From a virus (taxonomy: Duplodnaviria > Caudoviricetes): a DNA stretch of 55,914 bases. The stretch is taken from positions 1 to 55,914 of the IMG/VR virus record IMGVR_UViG_3300046010_005980. One strand, 5' to 3'. Of the stretch, positions 15,566 to 24,455 are shown in pieces. Under the pieces are notes generated by a model. The model saw only the letters and a list, made by a program, of their open reading frames with translations, was not told the origin of the DNA and made no database searches. Numbering within the stretch: the first letter of the stretch is position 1; each line of letters starts with the position of its first letter. Both the position numbers and the translations under genes were made by a program.

Positions 15566-15863
15566 TCCACTTTGCCATGGCAATGGCAAGTCCCCATGCT
15601 GCGCAGCTATGCTGCGACTGGCATGGGGTTATACTTTCACCTTACTTTCACCTCTCCCCTTGGGCCAGCGCTCCCGGGGTAACTGGACCCAAAGTCCACC
15701 GAAATCCGCTCAATGCGGATGAGGGGGACCCCCCTTTTTGGGGGTGGTTCCGCCCGGCGGCCGGTATATTACTGGTTTTACAAATTCATTCGTCCCTAAA
15801 TCCATTGGCCAAGGCCCAAGTACCAAGTCCCGCACAAATTATATACAACCTAATTTCATTCGG

Positions 15864-15897
15864 ACTTGTTGACAACCAACAACACCTAGACTACCAC
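15864..15897 (+). promoter_or_regulatory. Rightward sigma70-like promoter with palindrome
   Basis: TTGACA at 15869, N17, TACCAC; TTGTTG-N5-CAACAA overlaps the -35. Confidence 0.45.
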
Positions 15898-15930
15898 TGA
15901 AATAGAACCGCGGCCCAAGGAGCTTTGTCC

Positions 15931-16269
15931 ATGCCACTTTTCCGCAAGAAGCCTGTCATGATCGAGGCGGTGCAGTTTGAGCGCTTAACTCTGCTCGAGG
16001 GTGATGTGTACAACATCCAGTTCGACATGTCGGAGTCTTTGCCCAAGTGGGTGCGGAACGCGATCATCGACGACATTCTCTGCCCAAACTTCAAGGACGG
16101 GAAAACTTTGGTGGTTACGACGCTGGAGGGGGAACACATTGTTTCGCCGGGCGACTGGATCATCTGCGGCGTGAAGGGTGAGTTGTATCCCTGCAAGCCT
16201 GATATTTTTGCCATGACTTACGATCCTGTTGACGAGCAGGACGTCGAGGTCACGGGCGTAGCAATCTGA
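15931..16269 (+). CDS. Conserved phage protein (PGDW/PGDY motif family)
   Basis: FRKKPVMIEAVQ...TLEG...SPGDWII.GVKGELYPCKPDIF..TY. Confidence 0.8.
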   Translation: MPLFRKKPVMIEAVQFERLTLLEGDVYNIQFDMSESLPKWVRNAIIDDILCPNFKDGKTLVVTTLEGEHIVSPGDWIICGVKGELYPCKPDIFAMTYDPVDEQDVEVTGVAI

Positions 16270-16279
16270 GGAGAGAGAC

Positions 16280-16567
16280 ATGCCACTGAAGTACAAAGAA
16301 GACGCCGACTTCGCTGCCCATAACCAGCGGGCGAACGACACGGCGGAGCGGGAGCTGAAGGAGATGCTTGCTCAGATCGAGTCTGCCATCGAGCAGAAGA
16401 AGGATGCGTCGCGTGACGAGAGCGACATCTACACTGTCGCAAAGAGCAAGGGCTACAACATCCGGGCGCTCAAGCGGCTGGTCAAAGAACGCCAGAGGGA
16501 CGCGGAGGAACTCCGTGAGGAGGTGGACGCTTTGCAGCTATACAAGCAGCTTGTTGGTATGATATAG
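16280..16567 (+). CDS. gapR: GapR-like (DUF2312) nucleoid-associated protein
   Basis: ELKEMLAQIE...EQKKD...DIYTVAKSKGYNIRALKRLV..R.RD..E..EE...LQLY...VGM matches the GapR pattern. Confidence 0.75.
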   Translation: MPLKYKEDADFAAHNQRANDTAERELKEMLAQIESAIEQKKDASRDESDIYTVAKSKGYNIRALKRLVKERQRDAEELREEVDALQLYKQLVGMI

Positions 16568-16576
16568 TTCTGCCAC

Positions 16577-16670
16577 GCCCTGTGTTCTCCCGCGGGGAAA
16601 GTTTCCGCCGGTCCTCCTCCTCCCGGCGTTGAGGCTTGAAGACCCGTCGCTGCCGCGGCGGGTCTTCTTC
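16577..16670 (+). ncRNA. Candidate cuckoo-like anti-Shine-Dalgarno sRNA
   Basis: Two hairpins with CU-rich loops (UUCUCC; UCCUCCUCCUC, including CCUCCUCCC) followed by a terminator hairpin. Confidence 0.5.
16638..16670 (+). terminator. Intrinsic terminator
   Basis: GAAGACCCGTCGC-TGCC-GCGGCGGGTCTTC-TT. Confidence 0.65.
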
Positions 16671-16731
16671 GTTGAGAAACCCCTGCCGGGCTGCTATAGT
16701 TCCAAGGACCACGGACCTTGGAGCTTTAGGC

Positions 16732-19215
16732 ATGGCCCCCAATCGCATGACGGCATACCAAAACGCTCGGGCGGCAACCCCGCCCCAGAAGGGTCTGACC
16801 TACTCCGAGCTTCTGCTCGACAACATCATCGGCTTGGACAACGACTACCTGTCTGCCGGGGAGCAGCTGGGGCAGGCGTTCAATGCGGACGAGATCGGCT
16901 TTCTGAAGAACGCTGGCATCTCGGCCTACGAGGGCGCGAAGAAGGTCGTTGCGGACCCCATCGGCGCGGGCGAGGAACTCCTGTTCGGCATCTACGACAG
17001 CGTGGAGAACCTTGCCACCGAGGATTTGGACGCGCGGCTCAAGCGCATGTACGGCATTGGCTACGATCAGGCGTCCGAGGACCAAGTCACGAGCGCCCGG
17101 GAGTCGGTGTTCGGGGATGCAGTTACGGCGTCCGGGCTTATCCCGGGCGCGGCTCTGGCGGGCACGGGCGTCAAGGGCCTCGCATCTTTGCCCTTCCGGG
17201 GAGAGCGCAGGGCGCAGGAGCGGATTGCCGAACTGGACGCACTTCGGGCGGAGCGGCAAGCGGAATACGATCCGGGGGATGACTTCGAACCGGGGGATGA
17301 CTACTGGGCGGCGCAGGATCGGATGCTGGCCCGACAGACGCCTATCCGGGAGCTTCAGCTAAGGGAGGCCGAGGGCGGAGATGTGACTGCCGCCGAGCGT
17401 GATCGCCTCGAGGCGGCCGGGCTGCCTGACGGACTTGACCGCCTTCCGTCCCTTCTCGAGCGGGTGCAGCGCGGAGACGTTCTGACGGACGAAGAGGCCT
17501 TCGACGTCATGACCTTTGAACGCTTTGGCGAGGATGGGGTATATGACCCCACTAACACCTTCGAGCGCTGGGGTCAGCAACAAAACGCGGACACGGAAGG
17601 TGCAGCCCGAATCGCCTTCCTGACCGGAGCCAACACGGACATTGGTCAGACTCCAGTCACCCCCGTCGAGGGTCCGTACTTCCAAGACAACCCAGCCTTC
17701 CAAGTCCCTGACCTCCCCGGCGAAGCACCGTTCCTCGCCGTTGAGGACATGCTGGACTTCCACCCAGACGACATTAACTTTGACGCCCCTCTATACAACG
17801 CTATGGGGCTTATGCCGGATGAGGCCGATGAGTACGGAGCCCTTGAGGATTATCTAAGAGTCGGGGGTGGGCTCACCGAGACGGAGGCCGAAGAGGCACG
17901 AGCCCAGCTTGACGAGTTGAGGGAGACCGGAAGACGACGCCTCGCCGCAAATCGGCCGTTCGAGGTCCGCCCGGCCGTGGGCCAAGCCGAAGGCATCGCT
18001 GGCCTATACAGCCCGACGCGCAAGGCCGTCGATCTGTTGGATCGCCCGTCCTACGACAACCTCGACAGCCTGAAGACGCAGCTTCTGAACCGCGGTGCAA
18101 AGCCCGAAGAACTTGAACGTCTTATGGCAAAAATCCCCGGAACTCAAAACAACCCCATGTCCGAGGAGCAGCTCGAGTCGTTCTTGAGTGACCCAAGGTC
18201 CGGGCAGTTTAGCAAGGAAGACCTTGCCAGACTGGCGGACGAAGTTTCTCAGGACGTGGTCGTCAGCACTCGGACGCTGAAAAACAGCCAAGACAACCCT
18301 TCGTTCCTTGACAGCACCTACTTCCCACAAGGTGCCGAGGATATAGGGGCCAACGTCTTCGAGGTCCCTGTATCCGACGCTCCACCCCAAGCCTTCAGAC
18401 ATTTCAAACGTTCTTCGGACGGCACCGCCCCTGTCTTCCACACTCGCTTCGGCCTGTTCCGCTCTCCGGGGTCGGACAAGCCAGACACCTACCACGTCGG
18501 CGAAATCCAGTCAGACTGGGCGCAGGCTCGTCAGAAGCTGTACCCAACACGCGAGGAGTATACGGCAGCGAGGAGCAAGCTTGACGAGCTCCTTGCGAGG
18601 AGCAACGAGCTTGAAAATGAACGTAAGCTCCTAAGAGAAACCTTTGACGGGGAGACCCTCGAGCAGTTTGAAAAACGTAACAAACGTTTCTTCGCCGCAA
18701 TGGACGAGCAGGTCGAAGTTAACAAAGCGATTCGACCGCTTTCCGAAAAGGTGTCTGCCACAGGAAGTTACGGAACCCGGGACGAGTTCGACGCCAAGCA
18801 CCCTGCGCCATACGTCGGAACCACCAGCAAATGGGTACAGCTCGGCCTGCGCCAGTCACTCCTCGATGCGGTGAACAAAGGTGCAAGGCGCATGACGGTC
18901 ACGACCGGTGAGCAGGCACAAAAGTTCATCGGCGGGACGTTGGAGGGGCAGACGAAGTTCTACGACGATATCGTCCAGAAAGAACTCGAAGCGGTGCTCA
19001 AAAAGTTCGCCAAAGAGGCGGGCATCCGGAAGCCCGAGATTACGACGTCAAAGATCGTAGGAAACCGCAGGCAGGAGTACATGGTCCCCACGGTTGAGTT
19101 CACCGACGAGTTCGTCGAGGCCCTCAAGCGTCTGGGCATGCCCACCTACGCCAAAGGCGGCATCGTCAAGGGAAGCTATCTGGACAACGACCCCCTCGAA
19201 CCAGCCCTTTATTGA
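16732..19215 (+). CDS. Large polyvalent-protein-like product (probable internal virion protein)
   Basis: LYSP...GAKPEEL, HF...HTRF...VGEIQSDW, APY...W..LGLR...A...G, KFYD motifs recalled from phage polyvalent proteins; C-terminal YAKGGIV. Confidence 0.6.
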   Translation: MAPNRMTAYQNARAATPPQKGLTYSELLLDNIIGLDNDYLSAGEQLGQAFNADEIGFLKNAGISAYEGAKKVVADPIGAGEELLFGIYDSVENLATEDLDARLKRMYGIGYDQASEDQVTSARESVFGDAVTASGLIPGAALAGTGVKGLASLPFRGERRAQERIAELDALRAERQAEYDPGDDFEPGDDYWAAQDRMLARQTPIRELQLREAEGGDVTAAERDRLEAAGLPDGLDRLPSLLERVQRGDVLTDEEAFDVMTFERFGEDGVYDPTNTFERWGQQQNADTEGAARIAFLTGANTDIGQTPVTPVEGPYFQDNPAFQVPDLPGEAPFLAVEDMLDFHPDDINFDAPLYNAMGLMPDEADEYGALEDYLRVGGGLTETEAEEARAQLDELRETGRRRLAANRPFEVRPAVGQAEGIAGLYSPTRKAVDLLDRPSYDNLDSLKTQLLNRGAKPEELERLMAKIPGTQNNPMSEEQLESFLSDPRSGQFSKEDLARLADEVSQDVVVSTRTLKNSQDNPSFLDSTYFPQGAEDIGANVFEVPVSDAPPQAFRHFKRSSDGTAPVFHTRFGLFRSPGSDKPDTYHVGEIQSDWAQARQKLYPTREEYTAARSKLDELLARSNELENERKLLRETFDGETLEQFEKRNKRFFAAMDEQVEVNKAIRPLSEKVSATGSYGTRDEFDAKHPAPYVGTTSKWVQLGLRQSLLDAVNKGARRMTVTTGEQAQKFIGGTLEGQTKFYDDIVQKELEAVLKKFAKEAGIRKPEITTSKIVGNRRQEYMVPTVEFTDEFVEALKRLGMPTYAKGGIVKGSYLDNDPLEPALY

Positions 19216-19290
19216 TTGCCCGCGCCCATCGTGCTAGGCTGCACGAAACCTTGGTCACTGGGACGAGGTTCCCACCGAACGGAGAGAGAC

Positions 19291-19746
19291 ATGAAGGGCA
19301 AGATCAAAGTTACTGCCTCTGGGGGCACTAACCCCGGTGCTAACTTGAAGCCGTTGGAAAAGCGCCCGCGCCCGATGACGGTGCCGGGGGTGCAGGGCTC
19401 CCCCCACCCAGTCAACATGAGCGGCCGCATGGACAAAGCTCCCCCGCGCCGCACCCCCGCCGCCGAGATCAAAGGCTATCTCGCAAAGGTCGACCGCGAG
19501 GACCGGGAGGATCAAAAATCCAAGGAAAGGAACCTTGAGCGCGCCATGGGCGGAGCTGACGCCAAGGCCATTAAGCAGGACCTCGCGGCCGCTCGTCAGG
19601 ACCGCATGTCGAAGCCTTCGGCTCCGAGCAAGTCGCCCCGTCCGATGGGCAACCCCATGAGGAAAGCCGGTGGCGGCATGGTCAAGTACAAAGACGGCGG
19701 CTGCGTGATGGCTGGCCGCGGCGGCAAGTACAAAGGGCAGATGTGA
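19291..19746 (+). CDS. Small basic K/P/G-rich late protein
   Basis: GGAG RBS; AGGGMV and YKDGGCV motifs. Confidence 0.65.
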   Translation: MKGKIKVTASGGTNPGANLKPLEKRPRPMTVPGVQGSPHPVNMSGRMDKAPPRRTPAAEIKGYLAKVDREDREDQKSKERNLERAMGGADAKAIKQDLAAARQDRMSKPSAPSKSPRPMGNPMRKAGGGMVKYKDGGCVMAGRGGKYKGQM

Positions 19747-19916
19747 TGAAAGCTGTAGGCAAACTGAAGACCGTCAAGGTCAAGACGGGTGACAAGAAGG
19801 CGGCCGACTACGACGCCAAGATGTCCGAGCTCGACTACCCGGGGACCAAGGGCGTAGCTCTGCCGGAAGTTGGAAAGCAGCAGGTTTCCGGATTTAAGTT
19901 TTCCGGGACCTACTAA
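19746..19916 (+). CDS. Small basic protein (56 aa, below ORF-track cutoff)
   Basis: Hand-translated MKAVGKLKTV...GFKFSGTY; TGATG coupling. Confidence 0.6.
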   Translation: MKAVGKLKTVKVKTGDKKAADYDAKMSELDYPGTKGVALPEVGKQQVSGFKFSGTY

Positions 19917-19941
19917 TCCCCCTCGATAGGAGAACACCTAC

Positions 19942-20232
19942 ATGCGTCCTCGTCCCAAGAAACCCGGCGAAACCGTCGCGGAATACAACGCATTCATCGC
20001 CAACCTGCCCAAGCGCGGCGGGCAGCCCGGCACCGGCCCGAAGCCCAAGCCTATGCCTATGCCGCCGAGCGGCGGTGGCCGCGGTCGCGGCGGCGCAACC
20101 CCGCCTCCGGGCATGATGTACGGTCCGAATGACGCGCTTATGCCTATCCCTAAGAAGGGCGGCTCTGCCACTGGTGGCGGCAGGCCTGTCATGCGCGCCA
20201 AAGGCGGCATGGTCAAAGGCAAGAAGAAGTAA
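19942..20232 (+). CDS. Small basic P/G/K-rich late protein
   Basis: AGGAG RBS; RAKGGMV near the C-terminus. Confidence 0.65.
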   Translation: MRPRPKKPGETVAEYNAFIANLPKRGGQPGTGPKPKPMPMPPSGGGRGRGGATPPPGMMYGPNDALMPIPKKGGSATGGGRPVMRAKGGMVKGKKK

Positions 20233-20235
20233 GTC

Positions 20236-20913
20236 ATGAACTACGGCGAACTGGCAGCGTCCTATGCCCGAGCATATGGGCTCGACCCCGAAATCTTCGT
20301 GCGTCAGATGATGCAGGAAAGCGGGTTGAACCCTGATGCGGTCAGCCCAAAGGGCGCTGTCGGTATCGCGCAGATCATGCCCGCCACGGCCCGTGATCCG
20401 GGGTACGGGGTCCGCCCAATCGAGGACCCGACAGACCCCGAAGAGGGCCTCCGTTTCGGCGCGGAGTACATGCGGGCCATGCTTGACGAGTTCGGCGGCG
20501 ACTACAAGCTCGCCCTGTCCGCCTACAACGCGGGAGCAGGAGCGGTGAAAAAGTATGGTGGCGTCCCACCTTTCCAAGAAACCCAGAACTACGTCTCAAA
20601 AATCCTTGGCGGCGCGATGCAGCCTGACGTTCCGGGCGGTTTGTCCATGGGTGTCCCTGCTTCCTCCCTGCCCAGCGAAGAGCTGATGATGGGGACGACG
20701 CAAGATGAGGACACCGAGGCCCTGCTCCGCTCCGTTTTGGGGCGTTTTGACCCCGAGAACCAAGAAGAACAGGCCGCGGCACTGGCCCGACTGACGGCGC
20801 TCAACGCCCGAGGTCCGGGAGCCGGGGCCCAGCCGTCTCCGGAAGGCATTTTCGCGCTTCCGCAGGCCCGTTCGACCCCTACTGCAGTGGAACGCCTGCG
20901 GGAATTAGGGTAA
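20236..20913 (+). CDS. SLT-domain lytic transglycosylase (probably virion-associated)
   Basis: QES, GAVGIAQIMP, AYNAG and ETQNYV motifs. Confidence 0.92.
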   Translation: MNYGELAASYARAYGLDPEIFVRQMMQESGLNPDAVSPKGAVGIAQIMPATARDPGYGVRPIEDPTDPEEGLRFGAEYMRAMLDEFGGDYKLALSAYNAGAGAVKKYGGVPPFQETQNYVSKILGGAMQPDVPGGLSMGVPASSLPSEELMMGTTQDEDTEALLRSVLGRFDPENQEEQAAALARLTALNARGPGAGAQPSPEGIFALPQARSTPTAVERLRELG

Positions 20914-20969
20914 CTTAGGCTGGAAGAGCGGGGTTTTTCCCCAGATCGCCGAGAAAAAGGGAAAATACC

Positions 20970-23900
20970 ATGCCTGCAGCCAATAAAGGCACCCGCGACA
21001 TGACCCGCGCAGCGGCCGACAATGCCGCACGGCAGAAAACCAAGTCAAAAACCGTCGTCGCGCCTAAGAAAGCGGTGATTGCGGGACAGCCCCACATGCT
21101 GGCCTACATCAACAAGGACGAACGGCGGCTGCTGAAGGCCTTGGGCGGCGCTGACATCCCCGGCCCGGCCGGGATTCGGTCGTTTCCCCCGGCGGGGGAC
21201 CGTGCAGGCAGCAGGGGCGGCTCTTCGGGCGGAAGCAAAGGCGGCTCGGTAGATCGCGACCGTCAGGGCGGCACATCCTCTGCCGGGTCCAGCAAGGGCG
21301 GCACATCCTCTGCCGGGTCCAGCAAGGGCGGCACATCCTCTGCCGGGTCCAGCAAGGGTAACACCGCCAGCGTAGATCGCGACCGTCAGGGTTCGTCTAA
21401 CACGGCCGCGGCGAACAAAGCTGCTGCAGAAAAAGCAGCGGCCGACAAGGCGGCGAAAGACAGGGCCGACAAGGCTGCAGCAGATAAAGCGGCAGCAGAC
21501 AAGGCGGCAGCCGAAAGGGCTGCCCGGGAGAGGATTGCCGCCGCAGAAAAAGCAGCGGCCGACAAGGCGGCAGCAGACAAGGCGGCAGCCGAAAGGGCTG
21601 CCCGGGAGAGGATTGCCGCCGCAGAAAAAGCAGCGGCAGAAAAAGCAGCGGCAGATAAGGCAGCAGCAGACAAGGCGGCAGCAGACAAGGCGGCAGCAGA
21701 CAAGGCCGCCTCTGAAAGGGCTGCCCGGGAGAGGATTGCCGCCGCAGAAAAAGCAGCGGCAGAAAAAGCAGCGGCAGAAAAAGCAGCGGCAGAAAAAGCA
21801 GCGGCAGAAAAAGCAGCGGCAGAAAAAGCAGCGGCAGATAAGGCAGCGGCAGATAAGGCAGCGGCAGATAAGGCGGCGGCAGATAAGGCGGCGGCAGATA
21901 AGGCGGCAGCAGAAAAAGCAGCGGCAGATAAGGCGGCAGCAGAAAAAGCAGCGGCAGATAAGGCGGCAGCAGACAAGGCGGCAGCCGAAAGGGCTGCCCG
22001 GGAGAGGATTGCCGCCGCAGAAAAAGCAGCGGCAGATAAGGCGGCAGCAGACAAGGCGGCAGCAGACAAGGCGGCGGCCGAGAAGGCCACTCGTGACAAG
22101 ATTGCCGCCGCTGAAAAAGCTGCGGCAGATAAGGCGGCAGCAGACAAGGCGGCAGCAGACAAGGCGGCGGCCGACAAGGCGGCGGCCGAGAAGGCCACTC
22201 GTGACAAGATTGCCGCCGCTGAAAAAGCTGCGGCTGAGAAGGCCGCCGCCGCAGCTACACCCAACAAGCCGACGGTATCAACCACGGCTCCAACGCTTTC
22301 TCAGCCCTCGGCCATCCAACCGATCAAGGCGGTGACTCCGACCACGGTTGCCACCCCGGCCGGGCCGCAAACTGTTTCGTCCACGTCCTCGGCCGCCGCG
22401 GTAACCCCCGCGCCTGCCGCCGCGGCAGTCTCCACAGCCCCGAAGCCCGAAGCTCCGACGGTAGCCCCCGCCCCCGGAATCACCGCTACGGGGGCTGCTT
22501 CTGGCACCACGGGCGTAGGCGCAAGCGCCACGTCCCCCGCAAAGTCCGGAACAGTCACTGTCGCTACTCCGGCCGGGCCGCAGCAGGTTGCCGTCGGATC
22601 AAACGCTGCCGACGTGAAGGCCACCCCCGCCGCAACGGCGGTTTCTACGGCCCCGAAGGCCGAGGCTCCAGCTTCGGCGACCACGGGCTTGGGACCGTAC
22701 AAAGAAGGCATGACGGTCTCGGCCAATATGTCCAAGGCTTTTGGTCTCCCCGAGGGCAGCAAGCTCAGCGCCACCGACGCGCTGCGCGCAAACAACGCCG
22801 CTCAGGCCGCTGGTCTGGTTGACCCGGCCACGGGCCAGCCCTCCCCGGCCATCAAGGGCGCGGTTACCACGATTGGCACTGCCGCAGGTGCCACGCCTAC
22901 CTCTCGGCAGGCCGCGCTTCAGGCCGCCTTGAAAAGCGCCCCTACGTTCACCAGCAGCAACAACATCCGGACCTTCTTCCCGGGCCTGACCATATCAAAC
23001 GAGCTAAACCTCGACATCGCAACGGGTGCGTCGGGTCAGACAGTCGTTGTCAAAGACCCCAGCGGCAAGGTCATTGGGACTTTTAACCAAGCCCCGACGA
23101 TGGCGCAGATGCAGGACTTGGCCACCAAGAACGGCTTTAAGTCGGTTCAGGTCCCGTCGGGCGTGGACCTTGTAAGCGATGTAAACGCTAGTTCTCAGTT
23201 CGAAACGGCGCTGGACTACAATACCAGCCGCCTGACACTGGATAAAAAGGACCCTCTAAAAGTTGATCTTGTGACGGAAGAACAGCTCGACAAGATGTTC
23301 CCGCCGAAGACGAATCCGACGTCGCCTCCGGCCGTCACCCCACAGCCTCCCACCACTCGCCCGGACAGCGGCGGGATTACGGCGGTTGCCCCACAGCCTC
23401 CCACCACTCGCCCGGACAGCGGCGGGATTACGGCGGTTGCCCCACAGCCTCCCACCACTCGCCCGGACAGCGGCGGGATTACGGCGGTTGTTCCCAAGCC
23501 GGAGACTCCCAAGCCAGTGACGCCGACGCCTCCCAAGCCGGAGACTCCCAAGCCCGTCACGCCGGAGACTCCCAAGCCCGTCACGCCGGAGACTCCCAAG
23601 CCCGTCACGCCGGAGACTCCCAAGCCCGTCACGCCGACGCCAGTGACGCCAGTCACCCCGACGGTCCCAACGACTCCAACAACCCCCAAGCCAGAGACCC
23701 CCAAACCGACGGTCCCAACGCCTCCCAAGCCGGAGACTCCCAAGCCGGAGACTCCCAAGCCAGTGACGCCGGAGACTCCCAAGCCGGAGACTCCCAAGCC
23801 CGTCACGCCGGAGACTCCCAAGCCCGTCACCCCTACGGTTCCAACGACCCCTACTCCGGGCGGCGGAACTCAACCGGGCACCGGGACGGGAACGGGCACC

Positions 23901-24422
23901 GGGACGGGCACCGGGACGGGAACGGGCACTGGGACGGGCACGGGAACGGGCACTGGGACGGGCACGGGCACGGGAACGGGCACGGGAACGGGCACGGGAA
24001 CGGGAACGGGAACGGGAACGGGCGGTGGCGGCGGTGAAACAACCCCACCCACTCCCTCCGGCCCCAAGACCTGTCCTCCGGGGTACAAGCTCCACACGTT
24101 CCCGGACGGAAGTACCACTTGTATTCCCACCACAAGTGGTACAGGAATGGTCCGTCCAATTGTTGCTCCGTTCTATCAGCCCGTTGGTGGGCGGAGAGCC
24201 CAAGGTTACGAGCCTTCTCTTGGGATCGGCACTTTGCCGACCACTCCTCCGAACGCTGGGTTCGAGCCCTGGTGGGGGGACATGCCAGAAGGATTTATTC
24301 CGCCGCCTCCGGGCAGTGTCACTACGCAGGCGTTCGTTAGGTTCGTGAATCCCACGACAGGAGAAGTCTTCAACGCCCCCAACGGAGGGTACACACCCCC
24401 GAAAGGTTGGGTGCGGGGGTAA
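20970..24422 (+). CDS. Giant low-complexity protein (AAA[D/E]K helical repeats, PETPKPVT repeats, GT repeats)
   Basis: 1150-aa ORF; non-repetitive N-terminal [16 protein letters not shown]...GPAGI.SF segment. Confidence 0.8.
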   Translation: MPAANKGTRDMTRAAADNAARQKTKSKTVVAPKKAVIAGQPHMLAYINKDERRLLKALGGADIPGPAGIRSFPPAGDRAGSRGGSSGGSKGGSVDRDRQGGTSSAGSSKGGTSSAGSSKGGTSSAGSSKGNTASVDRDRQGSSNTAAANKAAAEKAAADKAAKDRADKAAADKAAADKAAAERAARERIAAAEKAAADKAAADKAAAERAARERIAAAEKAAAEKAAADKAAADKAAADKAAADKAASERAARERIAAAEKAAAEKAAAEKAAAEKAAAEKAAAEKAAADKAAADKAAADKAAADKAAADKAAAEKAAADKAAAEKAAADKAAADKAAAERAARERIAAAEKAAADKAAADKAAADKAAAEKATRDKIAAAEKAAADKAAADKAAADKAAADKAAAEKATRDKIAAAEKAAAEKAAAAATPNKPTVSTTAPTLSQPSAIQPIKAVTPTTVATPAGPQTVSSTSSAAAVTPAPAAAAVSTAPKPEAPTVAPAPGITATGAASGTTGVGASATSPAKSGTVTVATPAGPQQVAVGSNAADVKATPAATAVSTAPKAEAPASATTGLGPYKEGMTVSANMSKAFGLPEGSKLSATDALRANNAAQAAGLVDPATGQPSPAIKGAVTTIGTAAGATPTSRQAALQAALKSAPTFTSSNNIRTFFPGLTISNELNLDIATGASGQTVVVKDPSGKVIGTFNQAPTMAQMQDLATKNGFKSVQVPSGVDLVSDVNASSQFETALDYNTSRLTLDKKDPLKVDLVTEEQLDKMFPPKTNPTSPPAVTPQPPTTRPDSGGITAVAPQPPTTRPDSGGITAVAPQPPTTRPDSGGITAVVPKPETPKPVTPTPPKPETPKPVTPETPKPVTPETPKPVTPETPKPVTPTPVTPVTPTVPTTPTTPKPETPKPTVPTPPKPETPKPETPKPVTPETPKPETPKPVTPETPKPVTPTVPTTPTPGGGTQPGTGTGTGTGTGTGTGTGTGTGTGTGTGTGTGTGTGTGTGTGTGTGTGTGGGGGETTPPTPSGPKTCPPGYKLHTFPDGSTTCIPTTSGTGMVRPIVAPFYQPVGGRRAQGYEPSLGIGTLPTTPPNAGFEPWWGDMPEGFIPPPPGSVTTQAFVRFVNPTTGEVFNAPNGGYTPPKGWVRG
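21400..22256 (+). repeat. 15-bp coding tandem repeats (AAA[D/E]K)
   Basis: GCAGCGGCAGAAAAA / GCGGCAGCAGACAAG units, interspersed with ERAARERI and ATRDKI units. Confidence 0.9.
23339..23835 (+). repeat. Coding repeats: 3 x 51 bp ([16 protein letters not shown]) then 24/15-bp PETPK(PVT) units
   Basis: Directly visible. Confidence 0.85.
23876..24021 (+). repeat. 6-bp coding microsatellite (Gly-Thr)n
   Basis: GG(C/A/G)AC(C/G/T) tandem units. Confidence 0.9.
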
Positions 24423-24455
24423 GCACTGCAGCAGAAAGAAAGACATAAAGGTCCG

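Noticed and set aside
21386-24133. Alternative-frame and antisense repeat ORFs (SAAAL, RRQQ, GLGVS, PVPV) and a possible CRISPR-like array
   Set aside because: By-products of in-frame coding repeats; no unique spacers, leader or cas genes.
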